Shown piece after piece: positions 1 to 10,013 of a DNA stretch of 60,281 bases; the first letter of the stretch is position 1; each line of letters begins with the position of its first letter. Location of the stretch: the IMG/VR virus record IMGVR_UViG_3300036798_000218, positions 1-60,281 of that record. One strand, written 5' to 3'. Below the pieces are notes generated by a model, which saw only the letters and a list, made by a program, of their open reading frames with translations, searched no databases and was not told the DNA's origin. The position numbers and the translations under genes were made by a program. This DNA comes from a virus (lineage: Duplodnaviria; Caudoviricetes).

Positions 1-890
1 GTCATGGCTGTTGACGATGATTGGGGTACAGCAGTAGCTGGGGAGGAAGACGCATTAGTAGTGTTAGAGGTTACAACAGCGTCGGCCGGTTTGTCATCAA
101 ACTTGTGAGCCTCGCTCGACTTATCTTTAGCTTTTCCCCCAGCTGCTTTGAAGTTTGTAATCTCTTCATACACAGCACTCCTAAGTTTGAAGAAATCCTC
201 GTCAGAGATTTTATCCTCTTCTGTAATATAGATACTTTCCAATCCAGTATATTCGATTACTTTCCCGTCTTCGTCCTTGAAGTCTAGTTCCGGTAATTCC
301 AGTCGTGTCATCCCAGCAATACCGCAACTCACGTTGGCTTTCCCACTCCCTCTGGTAATAGAAAGTTTGATCCCAGGAGCCGCATGGTTCGGATCAAGAA
401 TTTGTCTCTTGTCGTCAGGATGTAGCTCTGCAATGAAATCTTGAATAGCGAACATTTGACGACGATCAAGAACCGTACCGTAAGTCTGTTTAGCCTTGGT
501 ATATTCATCATCTGATGACTCAAAATAATGTGCCATCATATATCCTTGTTCACGGGACTTGAACTGCCAGATAGGCTTTCCCCAAATCTTTTCCAACCCT
601 GCATCTTCAGCTTCAACTAATAGTTTGTCTACCCTTTCGTCTTTCCAAAACCGGAGCTTTCTATCATCCACAGGAATTTTAGTATGAAACCAAGCACGTC
701 TGATCAAACGAATGAAACCCTTGGAGTCACGATCTGGATAAATACGAAAAACATATGTGCCATCACCTAGAAAACAGATAGGAACTCCAGACTGGAACCC
801 GCCCCTTTCTTTGTATTCGCGCCGATATTGTTCAGCGTCTTCGTTTATCTTGTTGATATCTTCAGTACCAAAGCTGAAATTGAACTTCAT
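1..890 (-). CDS. Putative gp32-like single-stranded DNA-binding protein (runs off the left edge)
   Basis: Manual translation from ATG at 890 (GGAGG upstream) stays open to the window edge: MKFNFSFGTEDINKINED...GTYVFRIYPD...AWFH..., with a low-complexity tail. Absent from the ORF track because the stop is outside the window. Function inferred from the FRI-P motif and replication context. Confidence 0.5.
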   Translation of the reverse strand, partial: MKFNFSFGTEDINKINEDAEQYRREYKERGGFQSGVPICFLGDGTYVFRIYPDRDSKGFIRLIRRAWFHTKIPVDDRKLRFWKDERVDKLLVEAEDAGLEKIWGKPIWQFKSREQGYMMAHYFESSDDEYTKAKQTYGTVLDRRQMFAIQDFIAELHPDDKRQILDPNHAAPGIKLSITRGSGKANVSCGIAGMTRLELPELDFKDEDGKVIEYTGLESIYITEEDKISDEDFFKLRSAVYEEITNFKAAGGKAKDKSSEAHKFDDKPADAVVTSNTTNASSSPATAVPQSSSTAM

Positions 891-1116
891 TGTGTGGTTC
901 CTCCTGTTGCAGCTGTTCTCATGTAGTCAAGATGTTTCCAAAGCTTACCGCTCTTGATCTTACTAACCGCTTGTTGTTTTATCCCGTAATCACGTGCGAT
1001 CTCACTTTTAGTACGATGATCGTTAATGTACCGGTCCACAGCCAACAACCAGAATTAGGTTCCGGTATGTAACGAGTCTCAAATTCTCTAAGCAAATCTT
1101 CCTTTGCTATTGTCAT
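887..1116 (-). pseudogene. Internally deleted HNH homing endonuclease remnant
   Basis: The N-terminus MTIAKEDLLREFETRYIPEPNSGCWLWTG joins out of frame to an HTH tail INDHRTKSEIARDYGIKQQAVSKIKSGKLWKHL. The nuclease core is absent. Confidence 0.75.
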
Positions 1117-1493
1117 GTAACCCTCTTTTCTATAACTCTTACACCGGAATTAGCTTGTAGTTCTCCGTAAAGATGCACTGATTCTGCAATGAACTCCAAG
1201 AGAATATCAGGAAGAGATGCCTCATTACTCTTATCTCCTAACTTAGCTCTGAGAGTTAAGTATCTCACCAGCTTGGCAATACATTGTCCTGCAACTAAAG
1301 CTTCACCCCCAGGAATTTCAGCTTTCCCAAATCCTGTGACCGCAAATACCAAATCTATAATCTCAGAAACCGGATCGTAAGGTTTGGATTGAACACGATC
1401 TAAAACCTGTTTGACAACATCAAGTTCTATTGCAGTCTTCGCTGAGTTCATCGATCGGATAAATCCTGTTACTGACTTATCTTCTGCTGGCAT
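1113..1493 (-). CDS. Hypothetical protein
   Basis: 126-aa ORF tightly packed in the minus-strand operon. Confidence 0.7.
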   Translation of the reverse strand: MPAEDKSVTGFIRSMNSAKTAIELDVVKQVLDRVQSKPYDPVSEIIDLVFAVTGFGKAEIPGGEALVAGQCIAKLVRYLTLRAKLGDKSNEASLPDILLEFIAESVHLYGELQANSGVRVIEKRVT

Positions 1494-1508
1494 GAGGATA
1501 CACTCTTC

Positions 1509-2456
1509 TCATCTGCGTTTAACACCATAAGCGTTTTGTCTTAGTAGATTAGTAGCTAAAGGTTGGAATGGGTATATTTCATTTTCCCATAACTCTTTAA
1601 ATCGTTTTCTAGAAATAGAGTTTGGATCTTGCTTCCAAGGTAATCTCAGTAGAAATACGTCTTGCCTATCGAGAGCTTTGTAAACCAATCTGGCAATCTT
1701 GATACCACTTTCAAACGAGCCACCATCAGTAGCTACGTATACTCTATCAACCTTTTTTGAAAGAACTATGCCTTTTAACTGGGAGAGTTGAAATGAGCTT
1801 ATTGTCTTGCCTAAGAGAACTAGTGGACAGACAGTCCCATCTAAATGCTGATAAACTGATAATCCAGAAATCGTACCTTCTACCAATATTACACGATTAG
1901 TGTCGACGTGATTACACCATACCAATGGTTTTACTTGATCACGGACATTGGTATGACGCAAGGTACTATTAACATTTCTGATAGATAGAAAGTCAGTAAC
2001 TCTGGACAGCCCATCTGTCCATATCTTATTACAAAACACGACTCCTAATCTAGGAGTTCCTGTAGCAAGAATGTTGTAACGCAGAAGAGTTTCAGCGTAT
2101 ATCCCACGCTTCTTTACCATATAGTCGTAACAGTCGTTATTCTCTCTGATCGGAGAAGTCCAGTCACCTATTGAGAGTCTTTGGAAGGGATACCGATCCT
2201 CATCGGGGACGGTTTCAAGCTGTTGACGTATCAGTTCTGGTGTACGCAGAGCGTCTGAGATAATCACAGTTTCGCATCGAAAGCAATGCCCCACACATTT
2301 TGTCGGATTATAATAGAAATGTCCAGCAACATCAGCGGATTTTGTAAGTTCTACGCAGTACGGGCAGAGATACACTTCCTCCCTACCAGACTTCCTAACA
2401 AGAGACCTCAGGTCAAGAAATTCGCCAAAATGCCATTTCCCTTTTTCCTTAAGCAT
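1509..2456 (-). CDS. DNA primase-like protein (Zn finger + TOPRIM)
   Basis: CPYC...H...CFRC zinc finger, ILVEG TOPRIM glutamate, VYVATDG and QDPN motifs. Confidence 0.8.
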   Translation of the reverse strand: MLKEKGKWHFGEFLDLRSLVRKSGREEVYLCPYCVELTKSADVAGHFYYNPTKCVGHCFRCETVIISDALRTPELIRQQLETVPDEDRYPFQRLSIGDWTSPIRENNDCYDYMVKKRGIYAETLLRYNILATGTPRLGVVFCNKIWTDGLSRVTDFLSIRNVNSTLRHTNVRDQVKPLVWCNHVDTNRVILVEGTISGLSVYQHLDGTVCPLVLLGKTISSFQLSQLKGIVLSKKVDRVYVATDGGSFESGIKIARLVYKALDRQDVFLLRLPWKQDPNSISRKRFKELWENEIYPFQPLATNLLRQNAYGVKRR

Positions 2457-2467
2457 GAGTCACTTGC

Positions 2468-2776
2468 TCATTCGTCTCCTTTACCATTCTGACTATGCCG
2501 TATCAGATTTAGAAAAGAACTAGTAGGCCTAAATCTAACCGTATACTGAATAGTTTCATCTATACAACGTTGGTTAATATCATAGTATCGTCTTTTCTGT
2601 GTTGACGACTTCATTTGACCAAATCCACGAATATAGACAGCCTTACCATCGGAAACCTTGTCCTGAAAAATTCCAAGAAAAGAGTCCACCACAGTGCTCA
2701 CGTTCTCCTTTGTGAATCCTGTCTCCAGCACGATAGCCTTTATAATGTCGATCTTGGCATCTCTCTTAACACCCAT
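2468..2776 (-). CDS. HU/IHF family DNA-binding protein
   Basis: 102 aa with VYIRGFGQM...RRYYDIN...VRFRPT, the typical HU/IHF arm pattern. Confidence 0.9.
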   Translation of the reverse strand: MGVKRDAKIDIIKAIVLETGFTKENVSTVVDSFLGIFQDKVSDGKAVYIRGFGQMKSSTQKRRYYDINQRCIDETIQYTVRFRPTSSFLNLIRHSQNGKGDE

Positions 2777-2782
2777 ACTCCC

Positions 2783-3016
2783 TCACACTTCACTTCTTAC
2801 AGCTAAATGCTTCCATTTTTTACCACTCTTGATCTGACTAATCAAGGACCGTGCGACACCGTAATGTCGTGCTATTTCATGCTGAGTATGTTGATCATTG
2901 ATAATCGCAATAGCCTGAGCCATGTCAATCTAGCTCCACCATGGTCTTCACCCCTACGTTGACAACCTGAATACGTTGGGTCACGGTACACATCGAGATG
3001 CTTCCAAGTTACTCAT
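2783..3016 (-). pseudogene. HNH endonuclease remnant (C-terminal HTH only, frameshifted)
   Basis: Fragments RGEDHGGARLT / AQAIAIINDQHTQHEIARHYGVARSLISQIKSGKKWKHL resemble the tails of 14503..15048 and 887..1116. Confidence 0.7.
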
Positions 3017-3384
3017 GAAGTAAGCTCTTTATCATGGAATGCAGCGGCTGTAATTAATCCAGAACGTGCAGCCAAGTAGTTCTTGATGAACCGGTCACTT
3101 GGAGTACACATGAACGCAACAGCTGATAGAGGTACTTGGATTTCATTAGTGACTATAGGGTTAGCCCTATGAAATACTATAAAATTGAACTTATTGGCAC
3201 TACTAACATCACGACTTAGAAGAATAGGGTCCTTTACAATAGCAACAGAATCCACTACTCTTACAATATCCCCAATGAACTCGATATTTGCACTAATAGA
3301 AACAAACTTGATACCTACTAAAGGATGGATAGGAACTGGATCAGGTTCAGGCCCACGGGTTAAAAAGTCTTTAGTACCATCCAT
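3013..3384 (-). CDS. Small beta-rich protein, possibly Sm-like fold
   Basis: 123 aa, IGDIV...IVKDPILL...Y...SGL pattern seen in T4-like phage small proteins. Confidence 0.45.
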   Translation of the reverse strand: MDGTKDFLTRGPEPDPVPIHPLVGIKFVSISANIEFIGDIVRVVDSVAIVKDPILLSRDVSSANKFNFIVFHRANPIVTNEIQVPLSAVAFMCTPSDRFIKNYLAARSGLITAAAFHDKELTS

Positions 3385-3385
3385 C

Positions 3386-3625
3386 CTACACTCCTAGTTC
3401 GGGAGTAATACTCACTGTGACTCTTTGATTTATAACTAAGTCAGGCTTAGTGTCTCCTGTATATATGGACTCTCGACTACCTTCCAGAGTTATGTACCAG
3501 CCTATGGATCTCTGGTCACATTCTCTCTGTTTTTCTCCTCCTACGTTTTCTAGTCTCCAGTTCACATAGTCAAAATGTTCTTTTACGCTAGTAATCTTCG
3601 TCTTGAAGGAATATCTAGTAGCCAT
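3386..3625 (-). CDS. Hypothetical protein
   Basis: 79-aa ORF, operon-packed. Confidence 0.65.
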   Translation of the reverse strand: MATRYSFKTKITSVKEHFDYVNWRLENVGGEKQRECDQRSIGWYITLEGSRESIYTGDTKPDLVINQRVTVSITPELGV

Positions 3626-3626
3626 C

Positions 3627-4253
3627 TTATGCCTCTCTACAGTTTTTAATATGATGAATCATCCTAGGTCCTTTACCAACTTTACCACAACGGCATTCAT
3701 ATTTTTGCCTACTGTTGTGATTAAGACTTTCAGCAGATTTACGTCCTCTTTCGACACATTGTTCTGGAGCCACCCTACGACTCCATTCAGCAAGCTGTTC
3801 TGAAGTCGCAGCATGTACTCCTACCCCAAGCTCAACTGCCCTACGTCCACCCGAAGATAAACCTGCACCTAAACTACCCCATTCAGATTTTTGTTTAGAA
3901 GTCACCGCATGTATTCCTCTTCCCAGTTCGAACGCCCTGCGACCTGCCCTAGGTGCTACTTCTTTACTGTTATCACTTTTCGATTGCCATCTGAAATTCC
4001 ATCTGTTATTCTCAGTGTCAAAAACGTATCCTTTATTATGGTCAAATCTACCTACAGTAGGAGTTTTCATTCCAACGGGAATCATAGCAATGACTTCCAA
4101 CCATTTGTTAAAAGATTCTAGACATCTAGTAAAACTACACGCTATCCCATATTTTTCAGCCCTTATTATCATATTAATGAAATACTTATAATACTCATGA
4201 CTTGCGTATTCACAGTTACCTACATCACCAAAGATAACAACAGAATCATCCAC
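3627..4253 (-). CDS. Putative HNH-like homing endonuclease with C-terminal Zn knuckle
   Basis: GRFDHNKGY...NRWNFRWQSKSDN resembles the DRID..GY...N.RW....N HNH variant. Internal GRRAxELGxGxHAxTSxQ repeat and C-terminal CRCGKVGKG..M..HI. Confidence 0.6.
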   Translation of the reverse strand: MDDSVVIFGDVGNCEYASHEYYKYFINMIIRAEKYGIACSFTRCLESFNKWLEVIAMIPVGMKTPTVGRFDHNKGYVFDTENNRWNFRWQSKSDNSKEVAPRAGRRAFELGRGIHAVTSKQKSEWGSLGAGLSSGGRRAVELGVGVHAATSEQLAEWSRRVAPEQCVERGRKSAESLNHNSRQKYECRCGKVGKGPRMIHHIKNCREA

Positions 4254-4265
4254 TTTACGCCTCTC

Positions 4266-4669
4266 CTACTTTTTGTTCCAAGGCCTAAACTTCAATAGCT
4301 CTTCTAGGTCGAGCTTTCCCCAGTCACCATCGAAACATATTGCACGATCATCTATAGAAAGGAAAGCAGCCGGTTTTTCGTGAGCGAATGCGATCGGAGG
4401 ATCTTCTTGGGCCATCGGATGACCGCGACCAAATTCCTCCGTCGCGTGCTGGGCAAGCCAAGCCCTCATTGCCCGGAGGCCTGAGGGCTCTTTGCTGCGG
4501 CTGGAGTAGATCACCACCTGGAACGTCTCAGACGCCTTGTAGAGCCACCGTAAGGCTCCTGGCACAGGTCCGTCAACGATCGTCCAGGCATTCACCCAAG
4601 GACTCGTATATAGATGGATTACTCCGTCAAAAAGTCCACGCAAAGGACTGGTTTCGATCTTGTAGTCAT
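4266..4669 (-). pseudogene. HAD-family phosphatase, frameshifted in motif I
   Basis: ATG at 4669 (GGAGG RBS) gives MTTRSKPVLCVDF. Two extra T in a T5 run (4629-4633) precede DGVIH...YSSR...KP...IDDRA. Confidence 0.7.
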
Positions 4670-4691
4670 TGCGTACCTCCTTTCTGGTTAT

Positions 4692-5270
4692 TTACGACTC
4701 TAAGATAATAGGATCTTCTGTTAGTGTAATAGGACTGTCATCCACATATCCACGATTAGCACAAATAGCAGACAAGGTGTTAACACTCTTAAGTCCATAC
4801 TTTTCTAATAACATTCTACGTGAATCACGTGGTGCCCTTACACGCCCCACCTTCATTAACTCATACTCATCCCGCAAAGCATTAGCTTGCTCCATAGATA
4901 GAACAGAACGTCCCTTTGATCCACGAATAAATTGTGTTCTTAAGTATGGTAAAGCAGAGAGCAAAGCACCACTAGCTTGTTCACGCTTCGGTTCAGATAG
5001 CCACTTCCATAACATCGCAATAACAGCCTGTACTCGCAAATGACTAGCAATAGAGTAAACATAATATGGTTTGCCATTTTTGTACCTAGGTTTATACGGC
5101 CCACGAACACTCCCAATCTGTACGGTTTTTACGAACCTATCAAGAGGACGACGATCGGCCTGTGCAACAGTTAAGGTCAATTCACGACGCTTTCGACCGC
5201 GGTAGAATATAGATCCTTCTCCATCAAAGAAACCTGCCGCCCAAGCTAGCTCATGTGTATCAAATTGCAT
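4692..5270 (-). CDS. LAGLIDADG-family homing endonuclease
   Basis: LAWAAGFFDGEGSI motif, downstream VAQ and KREQA, helical C-terminal extension. Confidence 0.85.
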   Translation of the reverse strand: MQFDTHELAWAAGFFDGEGSIFYRGRKRRELTLTVAQADRRPLDRFVKTVQIGSVRGPYKPRYKNGKPYYVYSIASHLRVQAVIAMLWKWLSEPKREQASGALLSALPYLRTQFIRGSKGRSVLSMEQANALRDEYELMKVGRVRAPRDSRRMLLEKYGLKSVNTLSAICANRGYVDDSPITLTEDPIILES

Positions 5271-5282
5271 TATTACATACTC

Positions 5283-8030
5283 CTACCAATTCTTGGTGTA
5301 TACGGAGTTATCCAACCCTTCAAGAGTCACGTGTATCTCGTGGTCAAATTTATTAATTAGATTCGAGTTATGAGTAATCACAATCCTTTTTGGAACATTA
5401 GCTCTATTTATAAGTTGAAAACAATACTCGGAATATACAGGATCAAGAAACGATAGAACTTCATCAAAGATCACTACTCCAAGAACACCGTAGTCCATAC
5501 CATACATTTGAGTAAATAGGTTGTTCAACGCCACCATCATAATGATATCTACAACTCTTGCTTGACCAGTCGAAAGCTGATCGTAGTCCCCTTTCTGTCT
5601 ACCCATGAACATAGCTGACACGCTCAGGTCATCTTCGATGACGACACGGAAGGTTTCCCCCTCGGTAAGCAAGTCAACTTGACCCTGTAAAAGTTCTTGT
5701 CCTTGCTTTCCCAGTTCCGAGATCAGAAGCCCGTTACGTTTCAATAGAATTTTTTGAGTCCAATTCATAGCATCTTGTAAATTACATTTAGTAGATAGCC
5801 CTAATTCATTGGCTTGGATTTGTATGTTAAGCTCGGAGATGCTACTGGTCTCTGCTTGGATCAAAGGTTCATAGTCAGTATGTCCTTCCTTAGCTTGAAC
5901 TAGATTAGCATTTACCAACGCTAATCGATCTTCTACAGTCTGAATTCTTTGTAGCTTTGCTCTAAGAGTAGTTAAATCCTCATTGATAGATAAGTGCTCT
6001 GCGTCCTTCTCCGTCAACTTGATTACCCATAGGTCTTCAAGCCTCACATCTGGTAACTGTGATTTAAGGTGTTCAATCTCTATAGTCAAATTGTTTACTA
6101 CGTCTTCGTCAAGAAGAGGCTGACTACAAGTAGGACACTTGCCGCCAAGAGAAATTCTCAAACTAGCTTTCTTACGTTCTATTTCTTTCGTCATTCGATC
6201 ATGGGCAAGACGCATTGTCCCAAGATTACTTTCTATATTAGACTTCTCAACTACAATAGCAGCAGACCTTTCGTTACATCGATCTATACTTTCTCTAATA
6301 CCTCTGCTAGGTACAGTCAATCTTATTGTAGCTTCTAGCTCGCTCTTCTCACGTTCTAAGTCCGTAGTATCAGTAGTTTTCTGGGAATCTCGTTTGGTAA
6401 GATATCCGCTTAGTTTATTCTTGCCAAGGTCTCTGACATCTCTTAGAGTCCTGATCCTTGACTCCATTTCAACAATGGTAGCACTATTGTCTTTGATCAA
6501 GTCTCCTAGCTTGTCTCTAGCAATATCAACAGCATCCATGCCTACGATAGTCGAGAGAAGAGAGTACCGATCAGACTTCTTGATTGATCCAAACAAGCTT
6601 GGGCTCTTAGCTGGGAAATAGGAGAGTAGTTTGATCTCCCATTCCGAGATGCCAAGAAGCTCATATATCGTATCTTGTGTAATAGAAGTTCTACTGCCTG
6701 TGTAAGGCAGCCACTTGTCAATGAACACGAAGATTTGTAGCTGGGGGCCATCCGTCCTCCCCCGGCCGATCCTGTACATCACCCCCTCAACTTCCAGAAC
6801 GACAGCGACAAAGGTACCCATGTCGCCATACCAGTTCCTCACATCGTTGGCCGCAACTCCCTTTGTAGTAGAACCTGTTAGACACCAGAAGATCGCTTCA
6901 GCGAGAGAACTTTTGCCCGATCCGTTCTTCCCGGTCAGAACCAAGTTATCAGGAAATTCTTTCAGACTCAACGTGAAATCTTCTATTGACAAGAAATTGC
7001 GAACCTCTAGGCTAAGCAGTCTTGACCGAGGGACCTTCCTGTCTGAACTGGGGAGGGATTCCATTAGCTTGGAAAAGATGTTTGACACAAGTTCCTGATT
7101 GTCTATTTTAGATCGTTTGATAATCGATAGTCCCAAATCGATTAGGGAGTTTTTATCCTTCTTGAACTCAACCTTCCCGTTAGAAGTCTTAACACCCTTA
7201 GGCGCTTTGTACCGGTAGTGAGTCAGTCCTGCCGATTTACGCTCAGGATCATCAGTGAGTACGAACTTATGATAAAAATTAGGATGAAGCTTCTCAATTG
7301 GAGTGAACTGACATTCTGGAGCAAAATCTCTACGAACCTTACATCGCCAAAATCCTGTAGTAGGACTGTCCCTGTAATCAAATGGTATGGGCGAGCCTGG
7401 AATCAGGATCGTCCTGCCGCCTGGACCGATAAACGTCTGCCCGTTATGGATATCGCCGATGATCGAGAGCCTGAACTTTGAAAACAGTTCATCCTGGCTG
7501 AACCCTGAGTAAAATTGATAGCCTTCAGAGTTGATACAGCCTTGGATCATACCATGACCAATGAAAACGTCACCTTGTAGATCATCTGGAACAGCGTGTT
7601 CTGAGTTCCATGGAGTACCACATATTTTGAAACCCTCATGATCAAAACTAGTAATACTATGAATATACACTATGTTCTTCTTACTTCCAAATCGACGTAG
7701 TGCACTATGGAAATTAGCTAATCTCTCTGTTTTTGTATCGAAGTCATGCTGACCTAATGTTACCAATAGAGGACGATCATGGGATAAGGTCTCAACTACT
7801 AACTCTAACACATCAGATACCATAGGCTTCATGATCGCCTTGTCGACTATATCTCCAGCAATGACTGAGAAATCAGCATCAATGCTATTAGCAAACTCAC
7901 GGAAGTCTTTGGCTAACACTTCAAACTGTAGTAGTCTACTGGGCCTTCCTGTATCGTCGATTTCAGAGAATTGCGTATGTTCAGATATATGCCAATCTGC
8001 ACTAGCAGCAATAACAATATAGTCCTTCAC
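5283..8030 (-). CDS. Fused Mre11/SbcD nuclease - Rad50/SbcC ATPase (gp47-gp46-like)
   Basis: Metallophosphoesterase motifs ADWH, AGDIVD, GQHD, GH, GDIH, followed by Walker A GKNGSGKS, coiled coil with CPTC hook, signature LSTGQ, Walker B VIFDE and H-loop ITH. Confidence 0.92.
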   Translation of the reverse strand: MKDYIVIAASADWHISEHTQFSEIDDTGRPSRLLQFEVLAKDFREFANSIDADFSVIAGDIVDKAIMKPMVSDVLELVVETLSHDRPLLVTLGQHDFDTKTERLANFHSALRRFGSKKNIVYIHSITSFDHEGFKICGTPWNSEHAVPDDLQGDVFIGHGMIQGCINSEGYQFYSGFSQDELFSKFRLSIIGDIHNGQTFIGPGGRTILIPGSPIPFDYRDSPTTGFWRCKVRRDFAPECQFTPIEKLHPNFYHKFVLTDDPERKSAGLTHYRYKAPKGVKTSNGKVEFKKDKNSLIDLGLSIIKRSKIDNQELVSNIFSKLMESLPSSDRKVPRSRLLSLEVRNFLSIEDFTLSLKEFPDNLVLTGKNGSGKSSLAEAIFWCLTGSTTKGVAANDVRNWYGDMGTFVAVVLEVEGVMYRIGRGRTDGPQLQIFVFIDKWLPYTGSRTSITQDTIYELLGISEWEIKLLSYFPAKSPSLFGSIKKSDRYSLLSTIVGMDAVDIARDKLGDLIKDNSATIVEMESRIRTLRDVRDLGKNKLSGYLTKRDSQKTTDTTDLEREKSELEATIRLTVPSRGIRESIDRCNERSAAIVVEKSNIESNLGTMRLAHDRMTKEIERKKASLRISLGGKCPTCSQPLLDEDVVNNLTIEIEHLKSQLPDVRLEDLWVIKLTEKDAEHLSINEDLTTLRAKLQRIQTVEDRLALVNANLVQAKEGHTDYEPLIQAETSSISELNIQIQANELGLSTKCNLQDAMNWTQKILLKRNGLLISELGKQGQELLQGQVDLLTEGETFRVVIEDDLSVSAMFMGRQKGDYDQLSTGQARVVDIIMMVALNNLFTQMYGMDYGVLGVVIFDEVLSFLDPVYSEYCFQLINRANVPKRIVITHNSNLINKFDHEIHVTLEGLDNSVYTKNW

Positions 8031-8048
8031 GCCGCACCTCCCTAATGA

Positions 8049-8765
8049 TTACCTAACTTCTTGACATTTTAGTGTAGTTATATGATTTTTCCATCTATTT
8101 CCTCTACCTACCCTGTTACAAGCAGGACACACACGTTCTACTTGGGACTGTGCACTTCCATTAATCTTCGCTTGCTCAGCAATCTTTTTCTTAGACTCCG
8201 GGTTAGCATGAATCTTACGCATTTGCTCAAGACCACGTTCAGAATGTCTTCTTGCAAACTCTAGGTCAGCATGGAGCTTATACATATGTTCACTACTACG
8301 TTCAGAATGTTTTCTTGCAAACTCTAAATCAGCATGAAGCTTACGCAGTGCTGCACTACCAGATTCAGCATTTCGTTTTACAAATTCAGGATCGGCGTTC
8401 AGTTTACGTATACGATCAGCTTTTGCTAAACGCTCTTCATGATTAATACCTGTTGCACCTTCGCCTCCATCAGTAAAATTATAAAGAGTACCTGTATTAA
8501 GATCATGCCTGCCAAACTCAGCAATAAGTTCTTTCTCGCGAGCAAAGGCGACATCTTCACTCTCAACATACTCCTTCCTGATACGAATTTTAAGTCCAAG
8601 CTCGCCGCATAATCTAAGCATGTTATTCAAATGCTTATTATGACTTCCACGCATATGCATATAGACACGCCTTCCATAACCTTTACCAACGTAGACCGGA
8701 CAATTATTTTTATCAGGCCTGGGATCATAAATTACATAGACGTAGAACTTCTTATCTATAGCCAT
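8049..8765 (-). CDS. GIY-YIG homing endonuclease
   Basis: FYVYVIYDPR..YVGKG..R..E..LYNFTDGGEG, KLxADxEF helical repeats, C-terminal CPAC knuckle. Confidence 0.85.
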   Translation of the reverse strand: MAIDKKFYVYVIYDPRPDKNNCPVYVGKGYGRRVYMHMRGSHNKHLNNMLRLCGELGLKIRIRKEYVESEDVAFAREKELIAEFGRHDLNTGTLYNFTDGGEGATGINHEERLAKADRIRKLNADPEFVKRNAESGSAALRKLHADLEFARKHSERSSEHMYKLHADLEFARRHSERGLEQMRKIHANPESKKKIAEQAKINGSAQSQVERVCPACNRVGRGNRWKNHITTLKCQEVR

Positions 8766-8777
8766 AGTGAGGTACCT

Positions 8778-8996
8778 ATGCCAAAGAAGTTCTCAATATG
8801 GGAGTTGAACCAAGTGGACAATGCCAAGAACGAACCACAGACCAATGACGATGTTTGCCAATGCCGCCATTGTGGTCGCATGCACCGGCCACTTGGCTCT
8901 CCTCCATGGAGAAAGGAGGACGCGGAAAAGCTCGCTGGCTTTATTGCCAACGAGTTAGCTTACCAAGGAAACGAGATCGACAACCTTAGGGGATGA
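8778..8996 (+). CDS. Small hypothetical protein with CxCxxC
   Basis: GAGG RBS then MPKKFSIWELNQ. It fills an otherwise empty gap on the opposite strand. Confidence 0.4.
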   Translation: MPKKFSIWELNQVDNAKNEPQTNDDVCQCRHCGRMHRPLGSPPWRKEDAEKLAGFIANELAYQGNEIDNLRG

Positions 8997-9087
8997 CGAG
9001 AGTGTTGTGCTTATGAATGCACTACCAACAGTCAACCTAAACCTACTAGCAGAGAATATAATAAAATGGATACATGAAAAGAACTAG

Positions 9088-9288
9088 TTACTGGAGTTCT
9101 TTAAGTTTATGGAGAATAATATCACAAGCTATCCTCTCTCCACTTTCTTCCATACGAACTTCTTGTCTATCTTCGGCAGTCATATTCTTCATTGTTTTAT
9201 TACGTTGCTCACTCTTCCCTATCGATGCTTTATACTCTCTGATAATCCTCTCGACCTTCTCCAGCAAAGCCTTTTCCCAGGCATTCAT
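9088..9288 (-). CDS. Hypothetical protein
   Basis: 66 aa, ATGA-coupled to the upstream gene. Confidence 0.6.
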   Translation of the reverse strand: MNAWEKALLEKVERIIREYKASIGKSEQRNKTMKNMTAEDRQEVRMEESGERIACDIILHKLKELQ

Positions 9289-9902
9289 CTAGATTCCTCC
9301 TTGCTATCCATAAAGGTCGGCACTTTTATATTATCAATAGCCTTCAATTGCAGGGCTAGTTTATGACACTGGTCTTTCACATAGTTCATATCACGATACA
9401 CGCAACGGTCGTATTTATCAAATAACTCTACACGTTTTTTCCATACCATAGATTCATCGACATAGAGTTGCTTAAGTCTCGACTCTACAGCTGGCATGAA
9501 ATCACCATGGTGACCGCAGTCGAAACCAAAATACCAACGTCCATGGTCAAACTCGTCTCTCAGACCTGAAAAAGTCAAGCCTCCGTGTACTCCAATACTA
9601 TCTAAGGCATCACCAACGCCAGGGATTGGTTTAGGAGATTCCAACTTAAGTAATGACCCACGCAAGGACTCACGCAAAGCCTTGTGATATGCCTTTGCTT
9701 CTTCATAAGGAGCACCATCGTAGTTCAAACCGTGGGCAGGATGTGACGGTTCAACACCAACATAACCACAGAAAGAACCAGTTATTTCCATACGTATTAT
9801 AAGACAGTGTAAGCCTGTTTCCTTATCAGTCCATTCAAGACGATCAGGTTCATCCTGCCATGGGCCTTTTCCCCATCGGATTTTGGGCCATCCCTCTGTC
9901 AT
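9285..9902 (-). CDS. Conserved phage hypothetical protein
   Basis: CGYVGV..HP...VHGGLTF...WYFGFDCGH motif pattern. GAGG RBS. Confidence 0.75.
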   Translation of the reverse strand: MTEGWPKIRWGKGPWQDEPDRLEWTDKETGLHCLIIRMEITGSFCGYVGVEPSHPAHGLNYDGAPYEEAKAYHKALRESLRGSLLKLESPKPIPGVGDALDSIGVHGGLTFSGLRDEFDHGRWYFGFDCGHHGDFMPAVESRLKQLYVDESMVWKKRVELFDKYDRCVYRDMNYVKDQCHKLALQLKAIDNIKVPTFMDSKEESR

Positions 9903-10013
9903 ATCTTCTACCTCTTAGAGAAATGGGGAAGTACATGTGGAGCCACATGTGATAGGAACACATACTCCCCCACCACCAAGCCTAGGCCTTCTCGCACGGG
10001 AAGATGCAACAAC

